From the IMG/VR virus record IMGVR_UViG_2531839476_000018: 42,961 nucleotides of DNA. One strand, given 5' to 3'. The notes below the pieces were generated by a model. The model ran no database searches, was not told where the DNA came from, and saw only the letters and a list, made by a program, of their open reading frames with translations. This stretch comes from a virus (lineage: Duplodnaviria > Heunggongvirae > Uroviricota > Caudoviricetes). Below are positions 18,178 to 26,954 of the stretch, one piece after another (positions within the stretch are counted from its first letter, which is position 1; each line of letters opens with the position of its first letter). Position numbers and translations under genes: made by a program.

Positions 18178-19398
18178 TTACCCTTTACGGTTTGCCCAGA
18201 ATTCAGCGTTTTGTTTGTTCAGGGAAGCGATACTGGTCATGCCCATGTTTGGGCGCTGTGCATCGCCGGTGGTGGCGCGGGTGTTTCGCCCTTTGGCAAT
18301 CTCAGACACGGCATTAAACGCCATGTCGACCGATTGTTTCGGTAATTTGCGGATATCCGCATCACCGACTATCTGGCGAACCAGCGTTTTGTCAGCAGAA
18401 GCCAGAACCTCACGTTTGAACGCGGTCGGTTTCATCTTACGGCTCAGATCGATACCCGGAACGATAACTTCGGCACGCCAGGCTGAGTCACCAGTAATCG
18501 TGGTTTCCTCTTCATCGTCCTCGCCGTCACCGGTCGGATTATCGTCAGGCTTATTGTCGTTATCGCCCGTCGCATTTCCTTCCAGCTTAGCCAGCAGGGC
18601 TTTCAGTAATGTTTTGAGGTCATCATCACTGTCGCCGGTTGGACCTCCGCCCATCTCTGGTGCTTTGTCCGGTAGCGGTTGCTGCGGGGACAGGTTGATG
18701 TTGAGATTAACGCCCTGCGGCAAATCCCCCTCATCTCCTGTAACCGATGCGGGAGCCGACTCCACCAGTTCGTTCATGGTGTCAGCGTCACCCGTTTTGA
18801 TGGCCGTGCGCATGCGGGTCCACCAGCTTTTCTTTTGATTTGCCATTGTGTCTCTGTCTCCAATTGCACAACGATTTCCGGCTCTGCCTTTAGGGACAAG
18901 AGCCACATGGTTTCCGGTAATATCGACCTGCTGAGCCTTACCCGGCTCAGCCTGTTTATATTCCGCGTCATAGCCACACGACACTTCGCGCAGGCCATCT
19001 TCGATCAGCTGAATGGCGTTTTCGTCTTTGACGATAAGGTCAGCCAGCATCAAATCAGACTGCACACCCGCCCCGCGCCGGACATTCTGAAGATGCCCGA
19101 CCGCGAGCTCTTTCCAGTTCTCTGGATTCACCAGCCGCACATCCCCGTTTTCATCCTCGGGATGCAACACCGTGATACTCATTCCTTCGAATGAGGCAAG
19201 CGTGGCGGGATGGAATACCTGCTCAGGAGAACGCGTGACGACTATTTCACCGAACTTATCGGGTTTCAGTTTTGGCAGGTCATCAGCACCATAGAGCTGC
19301 TTACCTGTTCGTCCTATCGGCACGTCTTTGCACAGCAACGAGCCGTCAGCCAGCTGATAGCGGGTTTCCCCCAGCCGGGTATTGAAAAAATATTTCAT
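18178..19398 (-). CDS. Scaffolding or prohead protease-like protein
   Basis: 406 aa with an acidic, low-complexity central region (GDSDDDLK...DGEDDEEE), typical of scaffolds. Confidence 0.5.
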   Translation of the reverse strand: MKYFFNTRLGETRYQLADGSLLCKDVPIGRTGKQLYGADDLPKLKPDKFGEIVVTRSPEQVFHPATLASFEGMSITVLHPEDENGDVRLVNPENWKELAVGHLQNVRRGAGVQSDLMLADLIVKDENAIQLIEDGLREVSCGYDAEYKQAEPGKAQQVDITGNHVALVPKGRAGNRCAIGDRDTMANQKKSWWTRMRTAIKTGDADTMNELVESAPASVTGDEGDLPQGVNLNINLSPQQPLPDKAPEMGGGPTGDSDDDLKTLLKALLAKLEGNATGDNDNKPDDNPTGDGEDDEEETTITGDSAWRAEVIVPGIDLSRKMKPTAFKREVLASADKTLVRQIVGDADIRKLPKQSVDMAFNAVSEIAKGRNTRATTGDAQRPNMGMTSIASLNKQNAEFWANRKG

Positions 19399-19412
19399 GT
19401 GTTACCTGCGAT

Positions 19413-20201
19413 TCAGGCGGGATAAGAATGGGAGGTGGGAAAAACGATTTCTTTATAACAGCGACAATTCGGGAGCTCTCCAGCGTGACCGGTCATGCCA
19501 TCAAGCGTTGGAGGTTTGCCCCATTCGACAAATTTACCTTCCATTTCCCGATGAGAATGCCTGACGTCACCATCTTCGGCTGTACGCCAGATATAACCAT
19601 TCGAACCAATTGACAGCGCACGCGCCTGATCCAGCGCGCCGGTTGCACGTCCAAGTTCAGTACGGGCAATCAGGTCAGCTCTGGACTTTGCTATATCACC
19701 CGATGCGGCTATTTCTTTAGCAAAATGTTCCGCTCTCCCACCGGTCACAACAGCTTCTGTCGCCCGATTCTGGATGTCGTACACCCTGTCAGCCGCCTCG
19801 AGGGGGAGCGATTTGATGTACTTAACCTGTTCAGCAACGATGGATTTCATCACCTGCCCTGGAGGGGCACTGTTTACCAGATTGCGTAGCTCACGGCTGA
19901 TGGTTTTGCTGTGTTTACGCCACTGCTCATCATTCTTGCGCACAATGTCGGCAGTAAAGTTTTCCGCGACCTTTGTCGCCCAGGGGGTGATGATTTCACT
20001 GTAGCGTTCCAGCGCCTCAATAATTTCCGTGATACTGTCATTTGAACCATCGTAGCGACCATTTACGATGTCCCCGACCGCCCGCGCTATCCTGCGTAGG
20101 CTGGTTCGATAGCGGATTTCCGCCTGACGGTTCCTGCGGTTCGTCATCAGGTTCGCCGATGCCGGGCGGCGCTTCGTCTTCGGCATTCTCGATGTCCTCA
20201 T
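19413..20201 (-). CDS. Head morphogenesis protein (Mu F / SPP1 gp7 family); 5' end uncertain
   Basis: C-terminal region with ...RTELGRA... and HSHREM...CRCY motifs typical of Mu-F-like minor head proteins; the ORF-track start overlaps the portal 3' end. Confidence 0.65.
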   Translation of the reverse strand: MRTSRMPKTKRRPASANLMTNRRNRQAEIRYRTSLRRIARAVGDIVNGRYDGSNDSITEIIEALERYSEIITPWATKVAENFTADIVRKNDEQWRKHSKTISRELRNLVNSAPPGQVMKSIVAEQVKYIKSLPLEAADRVYDIQNRATEAVVTGGRAEHFAKEIAASGDIAKSRADLIARTELGRATGALDQARALSIGSNGYIWRTAEDGDVRHSHREMEGKFVEWGKPPTLDGMTGHAGELPNCRCYKEIVFPTSHSYPA

Positions 20202-21504
20202 CGGTAATGGATGCCCCGATGCCGGTTACGTCAGAATTTTCGCGCAAATCGGTCATAGCGGCTTTCAGTGTCATCAGACCATCACCCAGCGCTGTACTGA
20301 TTGCGTTGGTGGTGTTTAACGCCACCGTTGAGCGATCGACATCAGACATTTGCCAGAGCGGGTTAAACTCAAACGTGAAATCATCCGGGAGCGGCTTGCC
20401 AAGTTCCGAACGATGCATGATGTCCAGTATCCGACGCACCGGAAGACGTAAACGCCTCTCCTGCAACGAACTGATGCGGTCGTAATAGTTGGCAAGGTCT
20501 GCATCACCGGTAGAAAATCCTTTCGGGGACTGTCCGAACAACCGCACCAGTGGGATACCAACAGCGCCACTAATCTGTTCTGCAAACTGTGATAGGATGT
20601 CATCCAGACCACTGAAGCTGTACTGATGCGTTTCAAACTTATCCCGCGAGTCCATGAGCGTCATGCCTTCATTGCTCTGGAACTGTCGAATCAGGTCGAT
20701 ATTCTTCAGCAACGCTTCATACGCAGGACCACCAAGTGCGATAAGCTCGCGTAGCTTCTCCACGCTGTAGGTACGCAAATGCGCTTTGTAGACCAGCTGC
20801 GCCGCGCCGACAGTAGCGCTGTCGAACGCGGTAAGACGATCCCAGATACGCTCTACAACCGACATTCCCCATTCGTTCTCGGTCATCTTCTGCTGAAATG
20901 GCAGCGTGACGCCATCAAAGCGAATCAGTCGACTGTGATGAATGCGCCAGGCAGGAATTCCCGTTGCTGTGGTCACCACATCGTAAAACTCAGGTTTACC
21001 CAGGTCCGGCCCCATATCTTTAATGCGGCGGGTCAGTACCGGGTCAATCATCCAGCGGTCGAGCGGGAGAATCCCCTTAAACTTGCCCTTACCGATGGTT
21101 TCGGGTCGCAGCGGGGTCATTGGTGCCTGCCCCTCAATCATGATGAAACCCACCGCGCCGCCGTAGAGGCGCGACCATTTCAGCACGTCATTCAGCGCAT
21201 CCCAGATTTGCAACTCATCCAGTTGTGATTCGAGAATGCCGCGATCTTTTGCATCAATTTCCGAAGTGATGCGAATGCCTTTGCGGGTCATATCATCCGG
21301 GATAGCATCGACTGCTTCGCCGATGATCCAGGATGAACGATAGGACCATTCCACCAGCATGCGGTTACGACTGGTGAAATTAGCCCGGTAGGTGGATGCT
21401 GAGTGCTGGTTAGGTGTCTGCATCCCTACGCGGGCAATAAAATTCTCATAACCATCAGCTGTAGCCTGCGCAGTTCGCCGCAGGGCTTGTTTGTTTCGTG
21501 CCAT
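20038..21504 (-). CDS. Portal protein
   Basis: 488-aa ORF immediately downstream of the large terminase, portal-like in size and character. Confidence 0.8.
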   Translation of the reverse strand: MARNKQALRRTAQATADGYENFIARVGMQTPNQHSASTYRANFTSRNRMLVEWSYRSSWIIGEAVDAIPDDMTRKGIRITSEIDAKDRGILESQLDELQIWDALNDVLKWSRLYGGAVGFIMIEGQAPMTPLRPETIGKGKFKGILPLDRWMIDPVLTRRIKDMGPDLGKPEFYDVVTTATGIPAWRIHHSRLIRFDGVTLPFQQKMTENEWGMSVVERIWDRLTAFDSATVGAAQLVYKAHLRTYSVEKLRELIALGGPAYEALLKNIDLIRQFQSNEGMTLMDSRDKFETHQYSFSGLDDILSQFAEQISGAVGIPLVRLFGQSPKGFSTGDADLANYYDRISSLQERRLRLPVRRILDIMHRSELGKPLPDDFTFEFNPLWQMSDVDRSTVALNTTNAISTALGDGLMTLKAAMTDLRENSDVTGIGASITDEDIENAEDEAPPGIGEPDDEPQEPSGGNPLSNQPTQDSAGGRGHRKWSLRWFK

Positions 21505-23126
21505 CAGGCCTGTCTCCCTAGCAGCTCCCAGATGTTCAGGGCTGAATTCATTGGGGCATAGTTGATCATCACCGAGTCGGCAAGGTTTGGCGATCGGGTT
21601 CCATCAGGCTGTTTATCAATAACGATTTTTCCCACACCATTAATGGAATAGGTCGGCTGCGAAAGCTCGATGATGAGTTTATCTTTGAGTGCCATGCTAC
21701 TGCTGATTGAGATGATTTCGTCCGGGTTGTAAGCCATACCTTCAACCACGGCGCGCCAGGTATTCTGAAAAAGTTTACGTAACCGCCACCAGCTCTGGGC
21801 TTTGGCGTTAGCGAAGAAGTCCTTGTTCAGACGTGCTGCTTGCCCGTTGTCCCCGCGAACAGCTTCATCATCCGGATCAAATACCGCGCCACTACCTCGA
21901 AACGGTGTGGCAAGTATTGACGGTCGACGCGCAGCGTTACGCAGTTCGTTGATAGCGCGTGCATCGCCGCGAACGCCAGCGCCCAGCCCGTCCTCGTCAA
22001 AGCGAAACTCTTCGAGGTTGTCCTGTTCGCAAAAGCCGAAAACCTTCTCGACGGACTGATAAATGTCGCTGCCCACACCGGACCATTCCCGCACATTTTC
22101 CAGGAGGAAGCCATGACGGGTGGAAAAGGCATTTTTGTCCCTGCCTTCGTCGGCGACATCCATCGCGCCAAGTCGTTTGCCTGTTGGCTGGATACCCAGT
22201 TTGATATGCGCATCAACGGCAGCCTGTACCCATTCGGATGGAATCAGAACGCCTTCCGCTGATGCGCTGTAGTTCAGATCAAGTTCCTGTGCCACCACCA
22301 CCGGATTATCGATTTTCTCGCATTCCCTGCGATACCACTCTTCATCCTTGCGAGGATCATCCCGCCAGTGGAATGTGAATACCGGTATCTTCCCGCCATG
22401 ACGCTTCTGAGCGAACGGGTTAGCCATGCCGTTAACTGAACTCAGGTCGATACGGCAACGCGTCGTTTGTGACAACGCCGCATCAATCAGCAGAGGACGC
22501 TGAAGGAATGCAGCCTCATCAACCAGATAAAGCGTGGTACGGTCACCACGACCAATATTATCGCCAGCCTCGCCTTTGATAACGGCACCAGTTTCAGGAA
22601 ACTCAACACGCATATATGGCGCGTGCTTCTTCTCACTCCACGAACCGCGAAACTCTACAGGTAGCGTTTCCACGAACTTGCGTGCCTTCCAGAACAATGC
22701 TTTCGGGTCACCAGTGCTGTCGACGTATTCCTCTTTACGGGAGCCGAAACCGATAACCATTTCTTTGTTGAAGAGACAAAGCGAGCAGGCCAGTCCGATC
22801 GCGGTCCAACTGAGCCCCATTTCACGGGATTTTTCGGTAATACCATTCTCCCGATTGCCCCAGCGTTCCATAATCCAGTGGATCCACTCCTCCTGCTTAG
22901 GGAAGAGTAAAAACGGAATGGTCACCGGCAGGCCATAATCAATATTACGCGGGTCCGTTGTCATGCCCCAGTCGATGATGAACTGAGCCGGATTGGTTCG
23001 GTAAAACTGCTTCAATACGGGCAATATTTCAGGATTCTGGCGAATGCGCTGTAGGCGTTCCATCCGCCATTCAAAAACCATCTGGTAATCAGGATGTTTA
23101 AAATCGAAGGGGAATGGTAACGGCAT
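21504..23126 (-). CDS. Terminase large subunit
   Basis: 540 aa with an ATPase-like N-terminal half and a nuclease-like C-terminal half, between the small subunit and the portal. Confidence 0.85.
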   Translation of the reverse strand: MPLPFPFDFKHPDYQMVFEWRMERLQRIRQNPEILPVLKQFYRTNPAQFIIDWGMTTDPRNIDYGLPVTIPFLLFPKQEEWIHWIMERWGNRENGITEKSREMGLSWTAIGLACSLCLFNKEMVIGFGSRKEEYVDSTGDPKALFWKARKFVETLPVEFRGSWSEKKHAPYMRVEFPETGAVIKGEAGDNIGRGDRTTLYLVDEAAFLQRPLLIDAALSQTTRCRIDLSSVNGMANPFAQKRHGGKIPVFTFHWRDDPRKDEEWYRRECEKIDNPVVVAQELDLNYSASAEGVLIPSEWVQAAVDAHIKLGIQPTGKRLGAMDVADEGRDKNAFSTRHGFLLENVREWSGVGSDIYQSVEKVFGFCEQDNLEEFRFDEDGLGAGVRGDARAINELRNAARRPSILATPFRGSGAVFDPDDEAVRGDNGQAARLNKDFFANAKAQSWWRLRKLFQNTWRAVVEGMAYNPDEIISISSSMALKDKLIIELSQPTYSINGVGKIVIDKQPDGTRSPNLADSVMINYAPMNSALNIWELLGRQA

Positions 23127-23128
23127 AC

Positions 23129-23701
23129 TTAGCCCATCATTTTTCTATACGCCTCTGCAGCCTGCTCCGGCGTTAAGTTGGTAATTTCTGTTCTGACGGG
23201 TCCTCCATCAGCGCCAGTCACTTCATTTTTGACGTTGTCTTTAAACGCCTGAACAGAAACATGACGCCCAAGCAACTCAAGGTTTTTAACCTTATCAGGC
23301 CACTTAATCTTTTTAAGGATCCCGACCATTTCTCTGTCATCTCCTCGCCCCTCAAACATTTCAGCGAGGTTAAATCCACTCAGGTACCGACGCCACGATT
23401 CCGGCCACGCAGACAGAGGCTTAATACTTAAATCGTCCTCCAGGATGTCAGCCACATCGAGCCTGTCGATCTCAACCAGTCGCATCAGCACATAATTCGC
23501 ATCAATGCCCAGTTGATCAATACGCTCCTGCTTTAGCTCGTTAATACGGGCGCGTATCTCAGGTTTACCGTATAGTTCAGCCCCCGTAACATGTGCTCGA
23601 CTGGAGACGTAGCCTGCGCGAATAGCTGCTTGTGTAGCATTCAGATCGACAAGAAACTCGCGACAAAACACCTCGTGTTTTGCTTTCAGCTTCTTAGTCA
23701 T
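23129..23701 (-). CDS. Terminase small subunit
   Basis: 190-aa ORF immediately upstream of the large subunit, with an N-terminal HTH-like region. Confidence 0.65.
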   Translation of the reverse strand: MTKKLKAKHEVFCREFLVDLNATQAAIRAGYVSSRAHVTGAELYGKPEIRARINELKQERIDQLGIDANYVLMRLVEIDRLDVADILEDDLSIKPLSAWPESWRRYLSGFNLAEMFEGRGDDREMVGILKKIKWPDKVKNLELLGRHVSVQAFKDNVKNEVTGADGGPVRTEITNLTPEQAAEAYRKMMG

Positions 23702-23762
23702 TTTATTTTCCAGTTATCAGGTCATTATCGAAGCCCCTCCTGGAAGAGCTTCTGTAATGCTA

Positions 23763-24287
23763 TTACCGGGACTGTTCTATTTGTCGGACACCAGCCAACT
23801 GGTTATTCGCCTTCTCGATGGCAGCCAACAATGGGTTAATCCACAGAACAGCCTGGCAATATGTCAACGTTCTGGTGGTAGTGGCACGATCACCGGCTGA
23901 GTCAATGTCCCCGGAATCGGCGTGCAATGCGCTGGCGCGTAAACGGTTCGCGTAGTTGAGCAACCCGACAGCAATATCAACAGGAACAGGGAAATCACAG
24001 TTCTTTTCACGGAGCAGAACCTCACGGTATTTGATGACTGTCTTCTCGTGACCGATGTCGACCAGAGAATTTAATCGGCTTGCGTTTTCTGCTATCTGGT
24101 TAAAACGATTGAAGTTTAATGCCTGATTAGCTATCACTTTCCCTTGATATTCAGCTTCACCTTCCGCTTTATCAGCCCGCAACTTTTCTGCCTGATACTT
24201 GCTGTGGTAATGGTTTGCAGACCAGACGAGCGCCCCAAAGGCAGAGAAGAAAAATGCCGCGATGACAATCTTATAAGTCAGCTTCAT
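23763..24287 (-). CDS. i-spanin (Rz-like)
   Basis: 174 aa with an N-terminal transmembrane helix (MKLTYKIVIAAFFFSAFGALVW) and a coiled-coil body; start overlaps the endolysin stop. Confidence 0.65.
   Translation of the reverse strand: MKLTYKIVIAAFFFSAFGALVWSANHYHSKYQAEKLRADKAEGEAEYQGKVIANQALNFNRFNQIAENASRLNSLVDIGHEKTVIKYREVLLREKNCDFPVPVDIAVGLLNYANRLRASALHADSGDIDSAGDRATTTRTLTYCQAVLWINPLLAAIEKANNQLAGVRQIEQSR
23864..24010 (-). CDS. o-spanin (Rz1-like) embedded in the +1 frame of Rz; GTG start at 24010 (alternative 24025)
   Basis: Translation gives (M)KRTVISLFLLILLSGCSTTRTVYAPAHCTPIPGTLTQPVIVPLPPER*: a lipoprotein signal with lipobox LSGC and a proline-rich tail; GAGG lies 9 nt upstream. Not in the ORF track (under 60 aa). 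Confidence 0.55.
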   Translation of the reverse strand: MKRTVISLFLLILLSGCSTTRTVYAPAHCTPIPGTLTQPVIVPLPPER

Positions 24288-24747
24288 TTACCACCCCACC
24301 AGCATCTTTAAACCTGGAAATCAGGTCACCGATTTTATGTTCATACTGACCGTAACCTGCACCAGGTAACGACGCCCAGATATTGCTGCAACGGTCGATT
24401 GCCTGACGAATATCGCCACGGTCAATCATCGGTAAAGCGCCACGCTCTTTAATCTGCTGCAGCGCCACAGCGTCCTGACTTTCTGGCGAAAAATCTTTCA
24501 GGCCAAGCTGCTTACAGTAGGCATCCCACCAGCGTGAAAGAAGCTGATACCGGCCTGCGGCTGTTGATTTAAGCTTCGGGTTTAGCGTGACAAGTTTGCG
24601 AGGGTGATCGGAGTAATCAGTGAACAACTCACCTCCGACGATAACGTCATAACCGTGATTACGTGTCGGTTGTCGCCCGTTATCCGTTCCTTCTGACCAT
24701 GCCACCATATCCAGGAAAGCTTTACGTTGGGAATTTAGTGTCTGCAT
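24271..24747 (-). CDS. R: Endolysin, lambda R-type lytic transglycosylase
   Basis: 158 aa nearly collinear with lambda R as recalled (…QRKAFLDM.AWSEGTDNGRQ.TRNHGYDVIVGGELFTDYSDHPRKLVTLNPKLKST…RCSNIWASLPGAGYGQ). Confidence 0.9.
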   Translation of the reverse strand: MQTLNSQRKAFLDMVAWSEGTDNGRQPTRNHGYDVIVGGELFTDYSDHPRKLVTLNPKLKSTAAGRYQLLSRWWDAYCKQLGLKDFSPESQDAVALQQIKERGALPMIDRGDIRQAIDRCSNIWASLPGAGYGQYEHKIGDLISRFKDAGGVVNEADL

Positions 24748-24750
24748 GAA

Positions 24751-25092
24751 TTACTCCTTAGAGCCACCAAACTTGTTACCGATTACTCGCATTGCAGCCC
24801 CACGAATAGCATCGACACCGATCAGCCCAACACCACCACCAATGGCAACAGAAAGCGATTTAGGCCATCCGACATACTCAAGAGCGGATGCAAAAGTCAG
24901 CGTCAGAGCACCACAGAGCAAAATCTCAAGCGTTTTTCGTTTCCAGCCGCCGCCACCGCCAAAATAGGCAATGCGCAAGCCAGCCATAACAATTGACATA
25001 ACCACTGCGCCCAACGGCGTATCTCCACGCCACCAACTTTGTAAGAGTTCCAGTAAGTCAGGCCAGGAATGAGGAGCATTGTGCATTTTCAT
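24751..25092 (-). CDS. Holin with a Met-Lys-Met dual-start motif (holin / antiholin)
   Basis: Hydrophobic protein with 2-3 predicted TM segments; GGAGGTGG ribosome-binding site 7 nt upstream of the ATG at 25092 (MKMHNAPHSW…), as in lambda S107/S105; the ORF-track start at 25110 is less likely. Confidence 0.6.
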   Translation of the reverse strand: MKMHNAPHSWPDLLELLQSWWRGDTPLGAVVMSIVMAGLRIAYFGGGGGWKRKTLEILLCGALTLTFASALEYVGWPKSLSVAIGGGVGLIGVDAIRGAAMRVIGNKFGGSKE

Positions 25093-25193
25093 ACTTCCCA
25101 CCTCCGCCATTACGGGGTGTTGTTGAAAGGCGGGCCCTGCGTATACGCCCGTAGGATTGGGTTATGAGCCGTCCTTCGGTGGGCCCTGAATAC

Positions 25194-25216
25194 AAAAAAA
25201 GTTCGCCATAGCGAAC
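25194..25216 (-). terminator. Strong intrinsic terminator on the late-transcript strand
   Basis: Minus-strand RNA GUUCGC-UAUG-GCGAAC followed by U7 (plus-strand A7 at 25194-25200). Confidence 0.6.
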
Positions 25217-25537
25217 CTTGTTAAATTTGTTAAAAAAGGAGGTTATTTAACATAATGTACGTTATAGGAACCACACGATCCCCGCTCGCAATAGATTTGC
25301 GATGAAAGGCCTATTTAATCAACTTAAGTGGTCCAGAATGACGAAATTCGAGTGAATAAAAGGTGCATAAAAAAGGGCAAAAACTGCATAGCGTTTTTTC
25401 GCAGCGAAAGCCCTGTTTTATTAACTTTTCCCCAGAATGGGGCAATAAAAAAGGCCCCCTTGCGGAAGCCTCTTCGTGATGAACTGTTTTCAACAGATAT
25501 CAGGCTAATCGGCTTTTTGGAATTCCACAACTATTTT
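25217..25537 (-). promoter_or_regulatory. Late regulatory region (candidate pR'-like promoter and Q-utilisation segment); exact elements not resolved
   Basis: About 430 bp of AT-rich non-coding DNA between the Q region and the holin, containing two intrinsic terminators on the transcribed strand. Confidence 0.35.
25444..25470 (-). terminator. Intrinsic terminator (candidate tR'-like, or end of the early-right transcript)
   Basis: Minus-strand RNA GGCUUCC-GCAA-GGGGGCC (7-bp stem with two G-U pairs) followed by UUUUUUAUU. Confidence 0.55.
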
Positions 25538-25879
25538 TTATCTTACCTTGATGCCTGATGCCGTCAGATGTTTACGACAGTCCTGAATACCTTCGTTATA
25601 ACCCGCATCGTAGAAGCTATCCGGCTTTGCCTTCAGCGCAGGAAGCGTAACGCTGGTAGCTCTTCGTTCGGCCAGAACACCTGCCTGAAAGAGTGTCCAC
25701 ATCAACTGAACTGCTGAATCACAGTAAGTAACATCTTCACTGTACAATTCTCGTTCAATCCTGATGCCAAGTTGAGCCTTCATTGATGCGCCAATATTAC
25801 CTTTGACCTGCAACGACAGGTCTGGGTACCTCTGTTCCATGAAGCTTTCAAATCTGTTGCGAACGCTGATCAGAGCCAT
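25538..25879 (-). CDS. Hypothetical protein between Q and the late regulatory region
   Basis: 113-aa ORF; no recognisable family. Confidence 0.45.
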   Translation of the reverse strand: MALISVRNRFESFMEQRYPDLSLQVKGNIGASMKAQLGIRIERELYSEDVTYCDSAVQLMWTLFQAGVLAERRATSVTLPALKAKPDSFYDAGYNEGIQDCRKHLTASGIKVR

Positions 25880-25910
25880 CTGGTTCCCTTACGTGATTGA
25901 TTGCTGGATA

Positions 25911-26333
25911 TTATGCCGCCGAGCAGCTCCTACGCAAAGTCCTGATAGCCTGAGGCTTTGACTGAACCGACTGATCCATTTCGAGCACCACATCCAGCAT
26001 GGCTAAGCAACCGTCAATAAATCCCTCTGCCGCCTGAAGCCTCTTCAGAACGTGGGTGTGAGATACGCCGAGCTTCTCACCCATCGCCCGCACGGGCATG
26101 GCCTGGACGTAATGCCACTCAAGGAGCGTGCACAGATACGGATCTTTTTTCTTCAGGCAGCTCATAGCGGAGTTGATGATAAGACCGTCATTGTCACTGC
26201 ATTTCAGCCTTCCAGACTGCGTCGCGGGTAGCAGATTCTTAAACCCGGCTGCAACAGGAGGAAAGTAGACGCTACCACCTTCACTCGCTGCCCAGCCACC
26301 CCAGCGCTCTAAAACCTGTTGAATATTACGCAT
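25911..26333 (-). CDS. Q: Late-gene antiterminator Q (phage 82 / QuuD type)
   Basis: 140 aa beginning MRNIQQVLERWGGWAA and containing ...KKKDPYLCTLLEWHYV...; resembles the DLP12 QuuD protein as recalled; sits upstream of the lysis cassette. Confidence 0.75.
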   Translation of the reverse strand: MRNIQQVLERWGGWAASEGGSVYFPPVAAGFKNLLPATQSGRLKCSDNDGLIINSAMSCLKKKDPYLCTLLEWHYVQAMPVRAMGEKLGVSHTHVLKRLQAAEGFIDGCLAMLDVVLEMDQSVQSKPQAIRTLRRSCSAA

Positions 26334-26378
26334 AGCTCTGACCTCTACGTTTTGCTACGTTTGGAAATTTTCTACTAC

Positions 26379-26609
26379 TCAATACTCGTTGAATGTCAGG
26401 TGGCCGCTAACACTGACGTTTGGCCCGTCAGATAACACAAGCTGGAAATTGTCGTCGCAAACAGAGCAGCCGAGGTCAATAACTACCGTTTTGTCGTGTT
26501 TATGCGCTCGCATGGCGACATCGCGAATAAACACGCTGTTACTAGCGCAGCGTGGGCAGGTAATTTCGTTATTTCCGTCGATATGATTTTTTAATCCTGA
26601 AACTTTCAT
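26379..26609 (-). CDS. Small zinc-ribbon protein
   Basis: 76 aa with CPRC ... CSVC pairs spaced about 27 residues apart. Confidence 0.45.
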   Translation of the reverse strand: MKVSGLKNHIDGNNEITCPRCASNSVFIRDVAMRAHKHDKTVVIDLGCSVCDDNFQLVLSDGPNVSVSGHLTFNEY

Positions 26610-26631
26610 GTTGTTTACTCCAGCTAGTTAT

Positions 26632-26954
26632 TTGCAAATATTTGCAAGTTAATTTCCGGGTGACGGCTAGGTGACGCGTAATTACATATCCGTCACCTGC
26701 TGCAAAGCGCGCCATATAAAGCCTGAAGATGTTTTAGGTGACAGGTGACGGTTGATTTTAGTTCTATATATATATAAGCGATCGTATAATACCTAAAATA
26801 CACACTCTCGCGTATATAGTTTTAAATTCTGCCGTCACCTGTCACCTTTAGCACATTCCCCATTGTTTTATATATACTTTTTAAGGTGACGCTTAAGCGT
26901 TTTGCCGTCACCTAGCCGTCACCTTTTTACAATCCAGATTGCAAAATTTCGCAA
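26632..26954. repeat. Putative replication origin: iteron cluster around an AT-rich core, bracketed by TTGCAA-N4-TTGCAA palindromes
   Basis: About ten copies of the core GGTGAC(G/A)G / C(C/T)GTCACC in both orientations (26659-26751 and 26832-26923) flanking an AT-rich stretch (26760-26830, tatatatatata). Perfect palindrome ttgcaaatatttgcaa at 26632-26647 and imperfect ttgcaaaatttcgcaa at 26939-26954. Adjacent to the primase-type gene. Confidence 0.6.

Noticed and set aside
18215-19194. Plus-strand ORFs of 171-207 aa antisense to the scaffold gene, and similar antisense ORFs elsewhere (for example 35191-35766, 35778-36341, 21827-22216)
   Set aside because: They lie opposite well-supported genes, have low-complexity Ser/Arg/Pro-rich translations and no translation signals; shadow ORFs of GC-rich coding sequence.
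25228-25278. Plus-strand AAGGAGG followed by a 16-codon ORF (MYVIGTTRSPLAIDLR) in the late regulatory region
   Set aside because: Too short and antisense to the late transcript; the strong Shine-Dalgarno-like sequence is probably fortuitous, though a tiny antisense peptide cannot be excluded.
26650-26925. Possibility that the clustered GTGACGG repeats are a CRISPR array
   Set aside because: The repeats are only 8 bp, irregularly spaced, present in both orientations and flank an AT-rich core; this is iteron architecture, and there are no cas genes.
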